Of a DNA stretch of 64,000 nt, positions 10,417 to 22,949 are shown piece by piece. The notes beneath the pieces are model-generated. The model ran no database searches. It saw nothing but the letters and a program-made list of their open reading frames with translations, and was not told the DNA's origin. The first letter of the stretch is position 1, and every line of letters begins with the position of its first letter. The stretch lies in the NCBI GenBank assembly GCA_951406725.2, contig OX597816.1, positions 168,516,001 through 168,580,000 on the forward strand, given 5' to 3'. This DNA is from Octopus vulgaris. Lineage: Eukaryota. Position numbers and translations under genes: made by a program.

Positions 10417-10429
10417 ATTTAACCCATTA

Positions 10430-10600
10430 GAGATAATGAAAGGAGACAGACTAAGCTTAGGTCAAAGGAGACTTGTTTGAAAATGCAATAATGTGCAAAG
10501 GCAGTTTAGGAGAGAGTTTCAAACAGATCCATGCCAATTATAGATAACTTTAAAGTGGACGGAACAGTTCAGAATGTTCAAAAGAAACATTATGGTAAAC
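10430..10600 (+). mobile_element. Tc1/mariner-superfamily transposase N-terminal remnant
   Basis: NVQRQFRREFQTDP...IIDNFKVDGTVQNVQKKHYG, similar to the DUF4817-type HTH. Confidence 0.5.
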
Positions 10601-10959
10601 TGCAGACAAGATACCCTCAAGCAACCTTAGGTCATACACTTAACCTAATGCATGATGTTAGTCACTGGCTTGGCCTTAGTGTGTCATTAGATGATGGAAT
10701 TTCTTAGACTGCATAGCTGGACAGGAAGCTGGTGGCATCAAAATGTTTGGGGCTGGAGGAAGCAAGGCCAGTGAATGTGTATATTAACCAGATCATGAAT
10801 GGATGAGGATGTGGGTGTGTCATGCATCTAGTATATACCCACTCACACACTTACCAGCCTTGCTTCTGCTAATCACTAGACACTTGGATGCCACCAGCTT
10901 CTTGTCTAGCTATGCTATCTAAGGAATACTCCTGTCCGATGGAACTGCTGTTGCTGTTG

Positions 10960-11316
10960 AGTGAAGCGGTCTTCGTCCTGTAGTGGGAGAAATCTGAAAC
11001 GTGGTCCTTTGCTATTCGTAAGACTCGCAGAAGAGAAAGCAGGTCAACCCCCGACACCGAGAGCATCGATGGATGGATGAATGCGCATCCAGGCTCAGCG
11101 GTTGCGTAGGAAGTTGGAGACAAGAAACAAGAAGAAAGAGTGAGAGAAAGTTGGAGTGAAAGAGTACAACAGGGCTCGCCACCACCCCCTGCCGGAGCCA
11201 CGTGGAGCTTTAGGTGTTTTTGCTCTATAAACACACTCAACGCCCGGTCTGGGAATCGAAACTGCGATTCTCTGACCACAAGTCTGCTGCCCTAACCACT
11301 GGGCCATTGCACCTCC
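10960..11316 (-). mobile_element. SINE family B (tRNA-Arg-like head), variant tail
   Basis: Head GGAGGTGCAATGGCCCAGTGGTTAGGG on the minus strand. TSD-like tgctgttgctg on both sides. Confidence 0.85.
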
Positions 11317-11704
11317 TGCTGTTGCTGAATCAGTGATCTTACACTGACAACATCATGTGACCTGCCTTGACCAATGGCAGCCCATTTTCCAGCAGCCATC
11401 TTGAACTCCTTGTGCCCCTCTCCATTCAGTCATGGAGCCTGAATGAGAAGGGTTTGAGCCTGAATGAGAAGGTTTTTTGCATGAAACCATATATCATATA
11501 TCATAACGGGTACATATCATAACAAACTAAAAATATTGAATAAGAAAGAAACTTGAAAAAACTGAGAAGCATATAGAAAACGCAGAAGGTAGAAAACGGA
11601 AAACAAAAACAACAAAAACTAAAATGCCTGAGGAATATCTTTGAGATATTTCTCAACATATGAAACTATTAGTAGCACTTAAAGACATGTATTGTGTCCT
11701 TTAG

Positions 11705-12155
11705 ATCATCATCATCATCATCATCATTTAACGTCCGCTTTCCATGCTAGCATGGGTTGGACAATTTGACTGAGGTCTGGCGAACCAGACTCCAATCTGA
11801 TATGGCAGAGTTTCTACAGCTGGATGCCCTTCCTAATGCCAACCACTCCGAGAGTGTAGTGGGTTCTTTTATGTGCCACCAGCGCAAGGGCGAGTTTGGT
11901 GGTACTGGCAACAGCCAAGCCCAAATGGTGCTTTTTATGTGCCACCTGCACTGGAGCCAGTCCAGCGGCACTGGCGACGACCTCACTCGAATATTTCACA
12001 TGCCACCAGCACAAGTGCTGGTAAGGCGATGCGGTAATGATCCCACTTGAATGGTGTGCTTAACATGCCATCGGCACGAAGACCAGACCAGCTTGTTGCT
12101 CTGGCAATGATCTCACTCGTATGGTACTCTTAGCGCTCCACTAGCAACGGATGCT
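11705..12155 (-). mobile_element. Family C RTE 3' end with several diverged repeat units
   Basis: (CAT)n tail and repeated tttatgtgccacc units. Confidence 0.85.
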
Positions 12156-12329
12156 AATAAACCAATATGTATATAAGCTAATATGAGCAAAAATGGAGAT
12201 AATCACATCTTTAACTGATAATTACACTATACATTCCCAACAAATGTTTCTATTGTGCCAGCATATCTAGATATAGAAAAAAGGTACAAAATATCAGTCA
12301 AACAAATAGATCTGAAAATTTATGCTAAC

Positions 12330-12600
12330 ACAATGTTATCAAGGTAACCCAAAACAGGTTAAGTTCAAAGTGTTATCGCTAGGCCTAACTCATCGTAAAG
12401 TCAATACCACCATGACCGATATCCAGTCTACAGTGGAGAAGGCTAGCCACTGGATTTGGTTAAAAAGAAACGATGAGCGATGGCTAGAAGGATATTGAGC
12501 TTTTATTTGATAACCAGCTGAACTAGCAAGCGGGGCCTCCTATCAGTGAGGGGGGCCGGCACGCATTCTCTCCTGATGACCCCATACACTTGCTGGCTTC
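12330..12600 (+). mobile_element. RLE-type (HERO/NeSL-like) non-LTR retrotransposon 3' fragment
   Basis: DIQSTVEKASHWIWLKRNDERWLEGY* resembles the AEKASxWLWLxR C-terminus recalled for this clade. Confidence 0.5.
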
Positions 12601-13206
12601 CGGTTTGCAGAGATTTTGACTGGTAGCACTTGCATGTGCAAGTTGTTTGCAAGACATATGAATGCATGCAAAAAGAATATCAAGAAGAAATATAATATGC
12701 TGCAAAAAAACCAGCTTTGTATTTGAATTTATGATGATGTCAGTAGATAACAAGAGAGTAGAAAATAAACTTTGAAATTCTATATCATGACATTTAGTTA
12801 TCTTCCTATTAATATATGCTCAAAAAATTACAAAAATTATGCTTATTAGATTATAAGAAAAGCAATAGTAATTAAGGTGTTATTTACTATTGAAATATTT
12901 AAATGCTTTGCTATATTTATGGGAACATTTCAACATAAGACTGGTTCTACAATATAATAATATATACATTTACACTGAGGAATGGCAAGGAGCCAAACCC
13001 TTCTGCCATATATATGACCTTCCAGTAGTAACCTTCTCCAGGAAGGGGTTGGCCACAGTCTCCTCCAGCTTCACATTGTTATCTGAACTGAACTTAAGGC
13101 ACTGTTCAAAGATGTGGGGGTGAATTCCAGCATGCAGATACAGTCAGAACACCTGCTGTGCCCTTTCCAAGACTTCATAGTCCCCATGGATTGAAAACTG
13201 ATGAAC

Positions 13207-13362
13207 AGGCGTAGGAGTGGCTGTGTGGTAAGTAGCTTGTTTACCAACAACATGAATCTGGGTTCAGTCCCACTGCATGACACCCTGGGCAAGTGTCTTC
13301 TATTATAGCTTCAGGTCGACCAAAGCCTTGTGAGTGGATTTGGTAGATGGAAACTGAAAGTG

Positions 13363-13404
<42 letters not shown>

Positions 13405-13613
13405 TTGTGTGTCTGTATTTGTCCTCCCAACATCACTTGACAACCTATGTTGGTGTATTTACGTCACCGTAATCTAGCAGTTTGGCAAAAGAGACTGATA
13501 GAAAAAATACTGAGCTTACAAAGAATAAGTCCTGGAGTCAATTTGCTCGACTAAAGACGATGCTCCAGCATGGCCACAGTCAAGTGACTAAAACAAGTAA
13601 AAGAGTAAAAGAG
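13207..13613 (+). mobile_element. SINE family A
   Basis: Full-length, diverged copy. Confidence 0.9.
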
Positions 13614-14085
13614 ACTTAAATGATTTTCAACCCTTATTGGGGCCATCAGAGATGTCTATATTACTTGACTAATTCCCGAAAAACAAATAGCCAATCCATT
13701 TATATATTTCATGTAATGATGTGGAACATTGTGTTCTGTATCATTTGTAGAATGATTATTTGTTCCATGAAGTAACTAAATATTGTTCCAAAATTTTGAC
13801 ATGGTTCATGTGATTACATTTGAATTCTGAAATTCAAAGTCAAATATGAGTTCTTGTTTGTCTTTGTGTATATGTTTAAAATAACTTTTTTGTTAATGTA
13901 AATTATAAATTCAGTTTTCTGTAGGATCTGGAATGAAAATTTAAATGTTGTTTTCTCTATAAATGGCGGTGCCCCAGCATGGCCGCAGCTTGTGAGCTGA
14001 AACTAAAATAAAATAAAAAAATAAAAAATAAAAATATACTAGGCTTTAAGTTATTTTTTTGTGTACTAATTCTGACTTGTAGATA

Positions 14086-14501
14086 TTCTTTTACTCTTTT
14101 ACTTGTTTCAGTCATTTGACTGTGGCCGTGCTGGAGCACCGCCTTTAGTCAAACAAATCGCCCCCAGGTCTTATTCTTTGTAAGCCCAGTACTTATTCTA
14201 TCGGTCTCTCTTGCCAAACCGCTAAGTTACGGGGACGTAAACACACCAGCACTGGTTGTCAAGCGATGCTGGGGGGACAAGCACAGACACACAAACACAC
14301 ACACACACACACACACTCACACATATATACATATATACAACGGGCTTCTTTCAGTTTCCGTCTACCAAATCCACTCACAAGGCTTTGGTCATTGCAAGGC
14401 TATAGTAGAAGACACTTGCCCAAGGTGCCACGCAGTGGGACTGAACCCAGAACTATGTGGTTGGTAAGCAAGCTACTTACCACACAGCCACTCCTGCGCC
14501 T
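14086..14501 (-). mobile_element. SINE family A
   Basis: Full-length copy. Confidence 0.92.
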
Positions 14502-14771
14502 ATATATAGAACTTTCTTCTGATATATGAATATGATAAGCATATTGTAATGTTTTTCTATTACACTCTTTTTTTTATTCTGCAAATATCTAGGGGTCATC
14601 ATTGTTGTTATTGTAGACAACATCATTACCTTCAGTTTTATTATCAGTTACTAATTCCCTGATTGAATTTTAATACTCTTTACTTCTTTTATAATTACAA
14701 TTTCTTCAAACGGTTTCCTTAGATGAAAAGGAAGTAGTATATTCTAAAGAGCTCATCCATTCTCACCTATA

Positions 14772-15181
14772 CTTTTACTCTTTTACTTGTTTCAGTCATT
14801 TGACTGTAGCCATGCTGGAGCACCGCCTTTAGTCGAACAAATCGACCCCGGGACTTATTCTTTGTAAGCCCAGTACTTATTCTATCGGTCTCTTTTGCTG
14901 AACCGCTAAGTGACGGGGACGTAAACACACCAGCATCAGTTGTCAAGCAATGCTAGAGGGACAAACACAGACACACAAACATATACATACACATACATAT
15001 ATATATATACATATATACAACAGGCTTCTTTCAGTTTCCGTCTACCAAATCCACTCACAAGGCTTTGGTCGGCCCGAGGCTATAGCAGAAGACATTTGCC
15101 CAAGATGCCACGCAGTGGGACTGAACCCGGAACCATGTGGCTGGTTAGCAAGCTACTTACCACACAGCCACTCCTGCGCCT
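14772..15181 (-). mobile_element. SINE family A
   Basis: Full-length copy. Confidence 0.92.
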
Positions 15182-15267
15182 ATATGAAATAAAAATTTAG
15201 AAATGAAAATTCAATACAATTACAGAAGCAGTATTTTCTTATATTTATCTGGAATTTTGTTTTTCAG

Positions 15268-15429
15268 CAAGTTATTCTGACTCAAGATGAAAAGGGCAGC
15301 ATTTATTTGATCAACAACAGCAATTTCCCTGTATTTATTAAAGATTATTTGAACATGAAACAGCCATACTTCTCGCAAGAAGTTATTGAACAGCAAGGAG
15401 TTATTTTCGGCCAAGGAAAACCAATTAAA
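15268..15429 (+). CDS. Coding exon 3 of MH2-only protein
   Basis: ttttgtttttcag| ... |gtaaga, phase 0/0, 54 codons. QVILTQDEKGSIYLINNSNFPVFIKDY...GQGKPIK corresponds to the MH2 beta strands (cf. GVKIKMDDAGNILIRRYSKSNVYVK). Confidence 0.9.
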
Positions 15430-15498
15430 GTAAGACTAAAATACTTTAGTAAATATCATCTTTGTGGTTCACATTTGCACTGAGACTGTAAACTAGTT

Positions 15499-15888
15499 GG
15501 TGGAAGCACTCCGTCGGTTACGACGACGAGGGTTCCGGTTGATCCGAATCAATGGAACAGCCTGCTCGTGAAATTAACGTGTAAGTGGCTGAGCACTCCA
15601 CAGACACGTGTACCCTTAACGTAGTTCTCGGGGATATTCAGCGTGACACAGAGAGTGACTAAGGCCGGCCCCTTGAAATACAGGTACAACAGAAACAGGA
15701 AGTAAGAGTGAGAGAAAGTTGTGGTGAAAGAGTACAGCAGGGATCACCATCATCCCCTGCCGGAGCCTCGTGGAGCTTTTAGGTGTTTTCACTCAATAAA
15801 CACTCACAACGCCCGGATTGGGAATCGAAACTGCGATCCTATGACCGCAAGTCCGCTGCCCTAACCACTGGGCCATTGCGCCTCCACT
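15499..15888 (-). mobile_element. SINE family B
   Basis: Full length, with 12-bp TSD TGTAAACTAGTT (15487-15498 / 15889-15900). Confidence 0.93.
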
Positions 15889-16086
15889 TGTAAACTAGTT
15901 ACAGTTCATATTACTATAGAAGATACTTATTCAATTGTAACTGATCACTACAATAAATCAGGATTGCCATAAAATATACCAGCACTACCATCCACATTCC
16001 AAGACTAACTAATACTGTCATCTAGCACATCAATGCCACTATTCAATGCCATTACTACTACTACTACTACCATACACTAACTTTAA

Positions 16087-16308
16087 CCCTTTTGTTACCA
16101 ACCCTGCTGAAACCAGCTCTGGTTCTGTAATACAAATATCTTGTTTTTGTAAGTTTTGAATTAAAATCTTCCACCAAATCTTAGTCACAATTTATGTTCC
16201 TAACACTATCTTAATGATAACGAAGTTATTTTACTAAATTCTTTGTTATATTTAGAATTAATTGAAAGAAACACAGAACATCACAAAATAAATACAGTAA
16301 CGAAAGGG
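16087..16308. mobile_element. piggyBac-like MITE (second subfamily)
   Basis: TTAA|CCCTTTTGTTAC ... GTAACGAAAGGG. Reverse complement of 18376-18596. Confidence 0.85.
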
Positions 16309-16979
16309 TAAAGCAGATCAATACAGCCATAATACATCCCAACATTACCATGAAATATACCAGAATTTCTTACTAGCCAATAACTCAAGCAAAATACCAT
16401 TAATATGATGCCTTTTATTGCCATAGTATATAAAAAAAAAACATGTTACTATCACACTTTGCATCAATGTTATTACACAAGGTGTTACTAATATATATAT
16501 ACTAATAATACAAATAAGAAAATGGAGGAACAAATTCATTTCGATCATCAACTTACAGATATTACAATTTCATATTATTTATTAATTATACAAATAGGAA
16601 CATGAAAATCGGAATGAATTTGTCCTTCCATTTTCTTATTTGTATTATGAATTTACGGTAAAATATTCTTTACCTTCACCCATTCAATATAATAAATGAA
16701 TTAATTGCATTGCAATTATAAGCATTTATGCATTTAGTATTTGGATACTTTACCACCAGTATATTGGATAACTGACATCCCATAGTGGGTTACCTTCATA
16801 ACCCCTATCTTACTTTGTACTATACTAACAATATATATATATATCTATACTGCCATATAACATATGACAAGTGGCCTGGGAATGAAATTTGCTTAGTGGG
16901 TGCAAACTCAGGTCCAAAATTTTTTATGACAAAGTGGATTTTCTTTGCATTGTTAATATTAAAACAATTGCAGGTGTAA

Positions 16980-17175
16980 ACCTTTCTACTTTAGGCACAA
17001 GGCTTGAAATTTGCGTGGTGGTGGTACTTGACTGGTACTTAATTTATTGACCCCCACTAAAGGATGAATGGCAAAATCGGCCTCAGTGGAATTTGAACTC
17101 AGAACGTAAAGGTGTACAAAATGCTGATAAGCATTCTGCCCGGCATGCTAATTATTCTGCTAGCTCACCCACTTA
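16980..17175 (-). mobile_element. SINE family D, diverged
   Basis: ctggtacttaatttattgacccc...aaggatgaa...gaatttgaactcagaacgt. Confidence 0.75.
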
Positions 17176-17205
17176 AATGCAGGTATAATAATAATTTTTA
17201 TTATT

Positions 17206-17765
17206 ATGAGGGTTGGCTGTAAAGGTCATAAGCTGAGCAAGACACGCCCATAGAATGTGACCAAGTGAAGTTCATTTTTTAACATAGTTCCTCTTACTGT
17301 CCACACCCTTCCATAAGTGTTGCCTAGCTTGGATCACATTGGGGAAGAAGGTATCCTGTTGGTCAAAAAAGTCATCATCACTGTGATACTGGTGCCCAGC
17401 CAAGCGTTTTTTCATGTTGGGAAATAGACAATAGTCAGATGGAACCAAATAGGGAGGGTGATCAACCAGTTCAAAGCCAATCACACAGCAGCTATTGAAA
17501 CCAAGGACATGTGTACTGAAGCATTGTCCTAATAAAACAAAACCCCACCACTTCATCAGTTTTTCAGGGCATTTGGTCTTGATAGCCTTTCATAACTGCC
17601 TTAGCAAGTTGGCATAGAAGTCTCCATTGATGGTGTAATCATTCTGAAGATAATCAATAAACACAATGCCTTTTTCATTCTAAAAAACTGAGGCCATCAC
17701 CTTCCTTGCAGGTGAAATGACCCTGCCTTCTTTGGTGTGGACAAAGAGGTATGTTTCTACAGCAT
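17206..17765 (-). mobile_element. mariner transposon 3' fragment
   Basis: FELVDHPPY..PSDYCLFPNMKKRLAG (cf. HPPYSPDLAPSDY) and a TA-GAGGG-type terminus. Confidence 0.85.
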
Positions 17766-17929
17766 GACTAGATTGGGGAGTTGGAGATAATCATAATGTA
17801 TGAAGATGAAAGGTGAGGAAGAGAAGTGAAACACTTTGGGAAGGGAAGGGGGATGTAGTTTGGTTTGTTGGGGGGTAAGGTATGTGAAAGTGTTATTGTG
17901 GGACACAATACTTCTAGAACTCAGGTTTG

Positions 17930-18110
17930 CTAACATGGGTGGGTCTTCCCTAGAACCTCACATCACCAGACATCTTGGTTCAGTGTCATTTCCTCTTCTG
18001 TAAGCCCCCAGCATCCTGAGATCAGTCCTCATCACTTCATCCCATGTCTTCCTGGGTTTCCCACTCCCACAGGTGCCATCCACTTTCAGTGACTGGCACT
18101 TCTTTATACA
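17930..18110 (-). mobile_element. RTE LINE ORF C-terminal fragment
   Basis: KVDGTCGSGKPRKTWDEVMRTDLRML (GRPRKTW motif). Confidence 0.65.
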
Positions 18111-18150
18111 GTGGTATAACTAAAAATCAACATTTTGCAAAACCATTTAA

Positions 18151-18596
18151 TCCTTTCCTTACTGTATTTATTTTGAGATGCTCTGTGTTTCTTTCAATTA
18201 TTTTAAAAATAACAAAGAATTTAGTAAAATAACATTGTTATCATTAAGCTAGTGATAGGAACATAAATTGCGAATAAGACTTGGTGGAAGATTTTAATTA
18301 AAAACTTATGAAAACAAGATATGTATATTAAAGGGCCAGAGCTGGTTTCAGCCGGGTTGGTAACGAAAGGGTTAACCCTTTCGTTACCGTATTTATTTTG
18401 AGATGCTCTGTGTTTCTTTCAATTATTTTAAATATAACAAAGAATTTAGTAAAATAACTTAGTTATCATTAAGCTAATGTTAGGAACATAAATTGTGACT
18501 AAGATTTGGTGGAAGATTTGAATTCAAAACTTATGAAAACAAAACATTTATACTAAAGAGCCAGAGCCGGTTTCAGCCGGGTTGGTAATGAAAGGG
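18151..18596. mobile_element. Two head-to-tail piggyBac-like MITEs sharing a TTAA
   Basis: Copies at 18151-18371 and 18376-18596, with TTAA at 18147, 18372 and 18597. Confidence 0.9.
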
Positions 18597-18628
18597 TTAA
18601 AGTTAGTTGCTTTCAATTTACTTCACAG

Positions 18629-18818
18629 ATCTTTGATATGGAGGAGTTTCGATCAGAAATGACTCTTCAAATTTATCACAAGCAGTTCAACAGAGAGCAG
18701 TTAAAGTTTTTATGTAAAACTAATGTCCTTTTTGCTGATGCTCAACGCTGCATGGAATCTCCCAGCTGGATCATGGTGACAAATCTTCAAGCATTGGATT
18801 TACTATTTGATGACCAAG
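18629..18818 (+). CDS. Coding exon 4 of MH2-only protein (C-terminal half of MH2)
   Basis: cttcacag| ... G|gtaaat, phase 0 to 1. IFDMEEFRSEMTLQIYHKQFNREQLKFLCKTNVLFADAQRCMESPSWIMVTNLQALDLL resembles LFDMKKF...LETQC...F...ECPIWVLIVNVVAMDML of Expansion. Confidence 0.92.
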
Positions 18819-18832
18819 GTAAATTGTTATAC

Positions 18833-19251
18833 TCTCTCTCTTTTACTCTTTTACTTGTTTCAGTCATTTGACTGCAGCCATGCTGGAGCACTGCCTTTTA
18901 GTCGAGCAAATCGACCCCAGGACTTATTCTTTGTAAGCCTTAGTACTCATTCTATTGGTCTCTTTTGCTGAACTACTATGTTACAGGAACATAAACACAC
19001 CAGCATCGGTTGTCAAGCGATGTTGGGGAGGGGGGGACAAACACACATACACAAACACACAGACACACATATATATATACAAATATGCGATGGGCTTCTT
19101 TCAGTTTCCATCTACCAAATCCACCCACAAGGCTTTGGTCGGCCCGAGGCTATAGTAGAAGACATTTGCCCAAGGTGCCACGCAGTGGAACTGAACCCAG
19201 AACCATGTGGTTGGTAAGTAAGCTACTTACCACACAGCTACTCCTGTGCCT
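18833..19251 (-). mobile_element. SINE family A
   Basis: Full length, beginning about 15 nt after the exon 4 donor. Confidence 0.92.
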
Positions 19252-19664
19252 ATTTTACCTTTTGTAGATAAAATAACTTAATAGCAAAATTAATCAAGAT
19301 CATCATGGCTTCACCTTTGTTTTTCATTACTTTCATTACAATATTTTGGCCATTTGTCTGTATTTTTATAAATATCTTTCCTTTACACTTGCTCCCACCA
19401 TTCTGACTTTCCTCAGAATGTCAAGAAAGGGCAAAGTAATTATGACAATGGAAAAGGACTGAGGAGACTATGTTTGTTTTTCTAATTTGAATCAATTTCT
19501 AATTTTTCATTTCATTTGTGCTGTTATATTCATATATACATAATTTTATTGAAATTTGAAATAGTCATCTCGCCTCTATAAAAGCATTCTCAGGTTTACA
19601 TTAGAATATGAATGGTAGTTTTACAGCCATTTTGAAAAACCAGAAATGTGATAAAATCATGAAA

Positions 19665-20051
19665 TCTTTATATATAAAAGAGAGGTTGTGTGCTGTCTGT
19701 CTCCTACGATTTAGATTCCTAACTACTCCCACATTTTGCGGTGCAGTTTAACCAAAACCAGGTATCTTACAGTCGTGATTCATATCGAGCCCTTCTGGGT
19801 ATTAGCGCGTGTCTACGATGAGTCTACGATTTAAAAAAAAATTTACCATCAATTTTTCCCATTTTAATGCATTTTTTTGCTATTCTATAAGGGAAGTAAC
19901 TCTCTAAAAATGTATTATTAAATCTCAGAACGTAAAAAGCTACAGTAACACCCCCCCCCTTTGTGGTTAGCCATATTGAGATGGCTATTATACTTTACAT
20001 TTCTAAAAATGCTTATATAGTTATTTCCCTTACAAACCCGAGCAACGCTAG
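19665..20051 (+). mobile_element. Non-autonomous Helitron
   Basis: A|TC...CTAG|T. Near-identical to 8039-8434 with the 3' hairpin partly deleted. Confidence 0.85.
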
Positions 20052-20416
20052 TATTTTATAGATTCCAAAGAGTAAACATAACATCAATCAATCAGCTATA
20101 TATGACTTTTGATTACTGACTTCAGCCTTTCTGTTATGAGGATAATAGTAATAACAGAACACCCCTGCCATATAACGAGTGGTATGTGATAGTCATTAAA
20201 ATACTGTGACGTTGAGCAGTTGGGGTAGCAGATCAAAGATAGTTGTGTCTGACTTGTCTAACTAGCTATGCTGCTATACTGGAGTAGATGTTATGATAGT
20301 CGGACATTGGATTACAACAGCGGTGATAAGAAATTAACAAACTCGCTAAGTTTTAGCAAACTCACAAAAGTTTTTTTTTGTGCAAATTTGATGATATACA
20401 AAAAAAGCATAAAATT

Positions 20417-21641
20417 ATGGAAGATTTGTTGGCCAGTTTGCTTGAGTTGCAAAAACAGCAACAACAACAACAACAGAAACAGCAACAACAACTGCAGGAA
20501 CAACTATAGCAGTAGCAGCAGCAGCAGCAGGAACAGCAACAACAACAATTACTACTGCAAAAACAACAACAATTACTATTACTCTTTACTCTTTTACTCT
20601 TTTACTTGTTTCAGTCATTTGACTGTGGCCACGCTGGAGCACCGCCTTTAGTCGAGCAAATCGACCCCGGGACTTAGTCTTTGTAAGCCCAGTACTTATT
20701 CTATCGGTCTCATTTTGCCGAACCGCTAAGTGATGGGGATGTAAACACACCAGCATCGGTTGTCAAGCAATGCTAGGAGGACAAAGACAGACACACCAAC
20801 ACACACACATACATATATATATACATATATACGACGGGCTTCTTTCAGTTTCCGTCTACCAAATCTACTCACAAGGCATTGGTCGGCCCGGGGCTATAGC
20901 AGAAGACACTTGCCCAAGGTGCCACGCAGTGGGACTGAACCCGGAACCATGTGGTTGGTTAGCAAGCTACTTACCACACAGCCACTCCTGCGCCTATTAC
21001 CACAACAAATGCTGTAATTGATGAATAGTAAGTCATCCAAAAATGCTGAAAAGACGTTCTTGTTAGATTATGTTGTAAACTCAATAATGGATTTTAAGTA
21101 TGAACCAGACGAAGGAGTTACCTTCGAGGCGTACTATAGAAGATACGAACACATCTTCGATAAAGAGTGTAAAGATTGGGATGACGATATGAAAACACAT
21201 CTAATCCTAAGAAAACTAGCTGCAAGAGACCATGAACATTACAACAATTACATACTCCTGAAAAGATTTTCCGACATAAACTTTAGAAATATAATAGACA
21301 TATTGTGTAAAATTTTTAGCAAGAAAAGCTCGTTGCTCAATACACGCTGGAAGTGTTTGAACTTAGAGAAGAACAATGAGGAGGACTACATCACATATGC
21401 TGGTAGAGTTAACAGAGAATGTGAGAAGTTCAAACTGACCGACTTAGTGCCAGATATGTTCAAGTGCCTAATATTTACTCAAAGACTAACTGCAGAAAAA
21501 GACACAGAAGTAAGAACAAGAATTCTCACTAAACTAGAACAAAACCAAGTCGTAACCTTACAACAAGTGTTAGAAGAGTGTGAAAGAATAGTAAATCTAA
21601 GATACGACACAGAGAAAATTGAACATAAAGATTGTTCCTAA
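20417..21641 (+). pseudogene. Gypsy gag pseudo-ORF with poly-Q N-terminus, interrupted by a SINE
   Basis: MEDLLASLLELQKQQQQ... then, after the SINE, FKYEPDEGVTFEAYYRRYE...LLNTRWKCL...FKCLIF. Confidence 0.85.
20581..20995 (-). mobile_element. SINE family A nested in Gypsy gag
   Basis: Full length, with ctattac on both flanks. Confidence 0.92.
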
Positions 21642-21935
21642 GTGAAATAAGTGTGAAACAGGCAGAATAGAAATCAAGTGTATACTAAAATACAGTACAA
21701 ACAGGACAAGAATCAGGAAACAAACCCATATTTTGCATGCAGAGGTCTATACTTGAGAAAAAAATTGACAATTTAAGAAAGTGGAATGTTTCCATAGTGG
21801 AAAAATTGAACACGTAAAAGTGCACTGTAAAACGAAGAGGACAAAATGTTGGAACAAAGAGAAGAGAATAAACAAGATGTCATTGAAAGAAAATGGTAAT
21901 GTGACAAAGAGGAAATTCGTAAATGTGAAAATTGA

Positions 21936-22295
21936 AAAAGCACCATCCGTTCGTGTCCGTTGCCAGCCTCGCCTGGCCCCCGTGCCGGTGGCACGTAGCA
22001 CCATCCATTCGTGGCCGTTGCCAGCCTCGCCTGGCCCCGTGCCGGTGGCACGTGAAAGCACCATCCGTCCATGGCCGTTTGCCAGCTCCGTGTGGCTCCT
22101 GTGCAGGTAGCACGTAAAAAGCATCCACTACACTCACGGAGTGGTTGGCGTTAGGAAGGGCATCCAGCCGTAGAAACACTGCCAGATCAGACTGGGCCTG
22201 ATGCAGCCTTCTGGCTTCACAGACCCCAGTTGAACCGTCCAACCCATGCTAGCATGGAAAGCGGACGCTAAATGATGGTGATGACATGACATGAC
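21936..22295 (+). mobile_element. Family C RTE 3' end (about 3 repeat units) nested in the Gypsy protease
   Basis: Repeat units + ggaagggcatccagccgtagaaa + GAT/GAC tail. Confidence 0.88.
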
Positions 22296-22555
22296 AAATT
22301 CAGTTAGACCCTGGTAGTGATAGTACTATTGTGAATGAAGAAACTTGGCAGTATATTGGTAAGCCAAAATTAAGTAAATCTACAAAAGTAGTCCATGGTG
22401 TTATGGGTAAAAGACAAGACATATATTTCCAGATGTTTTCTTGGATGAACTGGGCTGCTGCACAAAAACGAAGGCAAAGATTATAGCAAAACAAAGTGCA
22501 ACACCTGTATTTAAGCCAAAACAGAATGTAGTGTTCACAGCACTAGAACAGGTAA

Positions 22556-22949
22556 GGAGGAGGCGCAATGGCCCAGTGGTTAGGGCAGCGGACTTGCGGT
22601 CATAGGGTCACGGTTTCGATTCCCAGACCGGGCGTTGTGAGCGTTTATTGAGCGAAAACACCTAAAAAGCCCCACGAGGCTCCGGCAGGGGATGGTGGTG
22701 ATCCCTGCTGTACTCTTTCACCACAACTTTCTCTCATTCTTACTTCCTGTTTCTGTTGTACCTGTATTTCAAAGGGCCGGCCTTAGTCACTCTCTGTGTC
22801 ACGCTGAATATCCCCGAGAACTACGTTAAGGGTGCACGTGTCTGTGGAGTCCTCAGCTACTTAGACGTTAATTTCACGAGCAGGCTGTTCCGTTGATTCG
22901 GATCAACTGGAACCCTCATCGTCGTAACCGACGGAGTGAAAAGGAAGAA
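22556..22949 (+). mobile_element. SINE family B nested in Gypsy pol
   Basis: 11-bp TSD AGAACAGGTAA. Confidence 0.93.

Noticed and set aside
12573-12600. CTGATGA hammerhead core (also at about 1866)
   Set aside because: No suitably placed GAAA, helix II or cleavage triplet.
14940-15200. Recurrent 80-125 aa ORFs (..RASFSFRLPNPLTRLWSARGYSRRHLPKVPRSGTEPGTMW..)
   Set aside because: Antisense translation of SINE family A, recurring wherever the SINE does.
20455-20575. Host poly-Q or poly-N coding exon
   Set aside because: It lies just inside the Gypsy 5' LTR in the gag frame and has no splice support.
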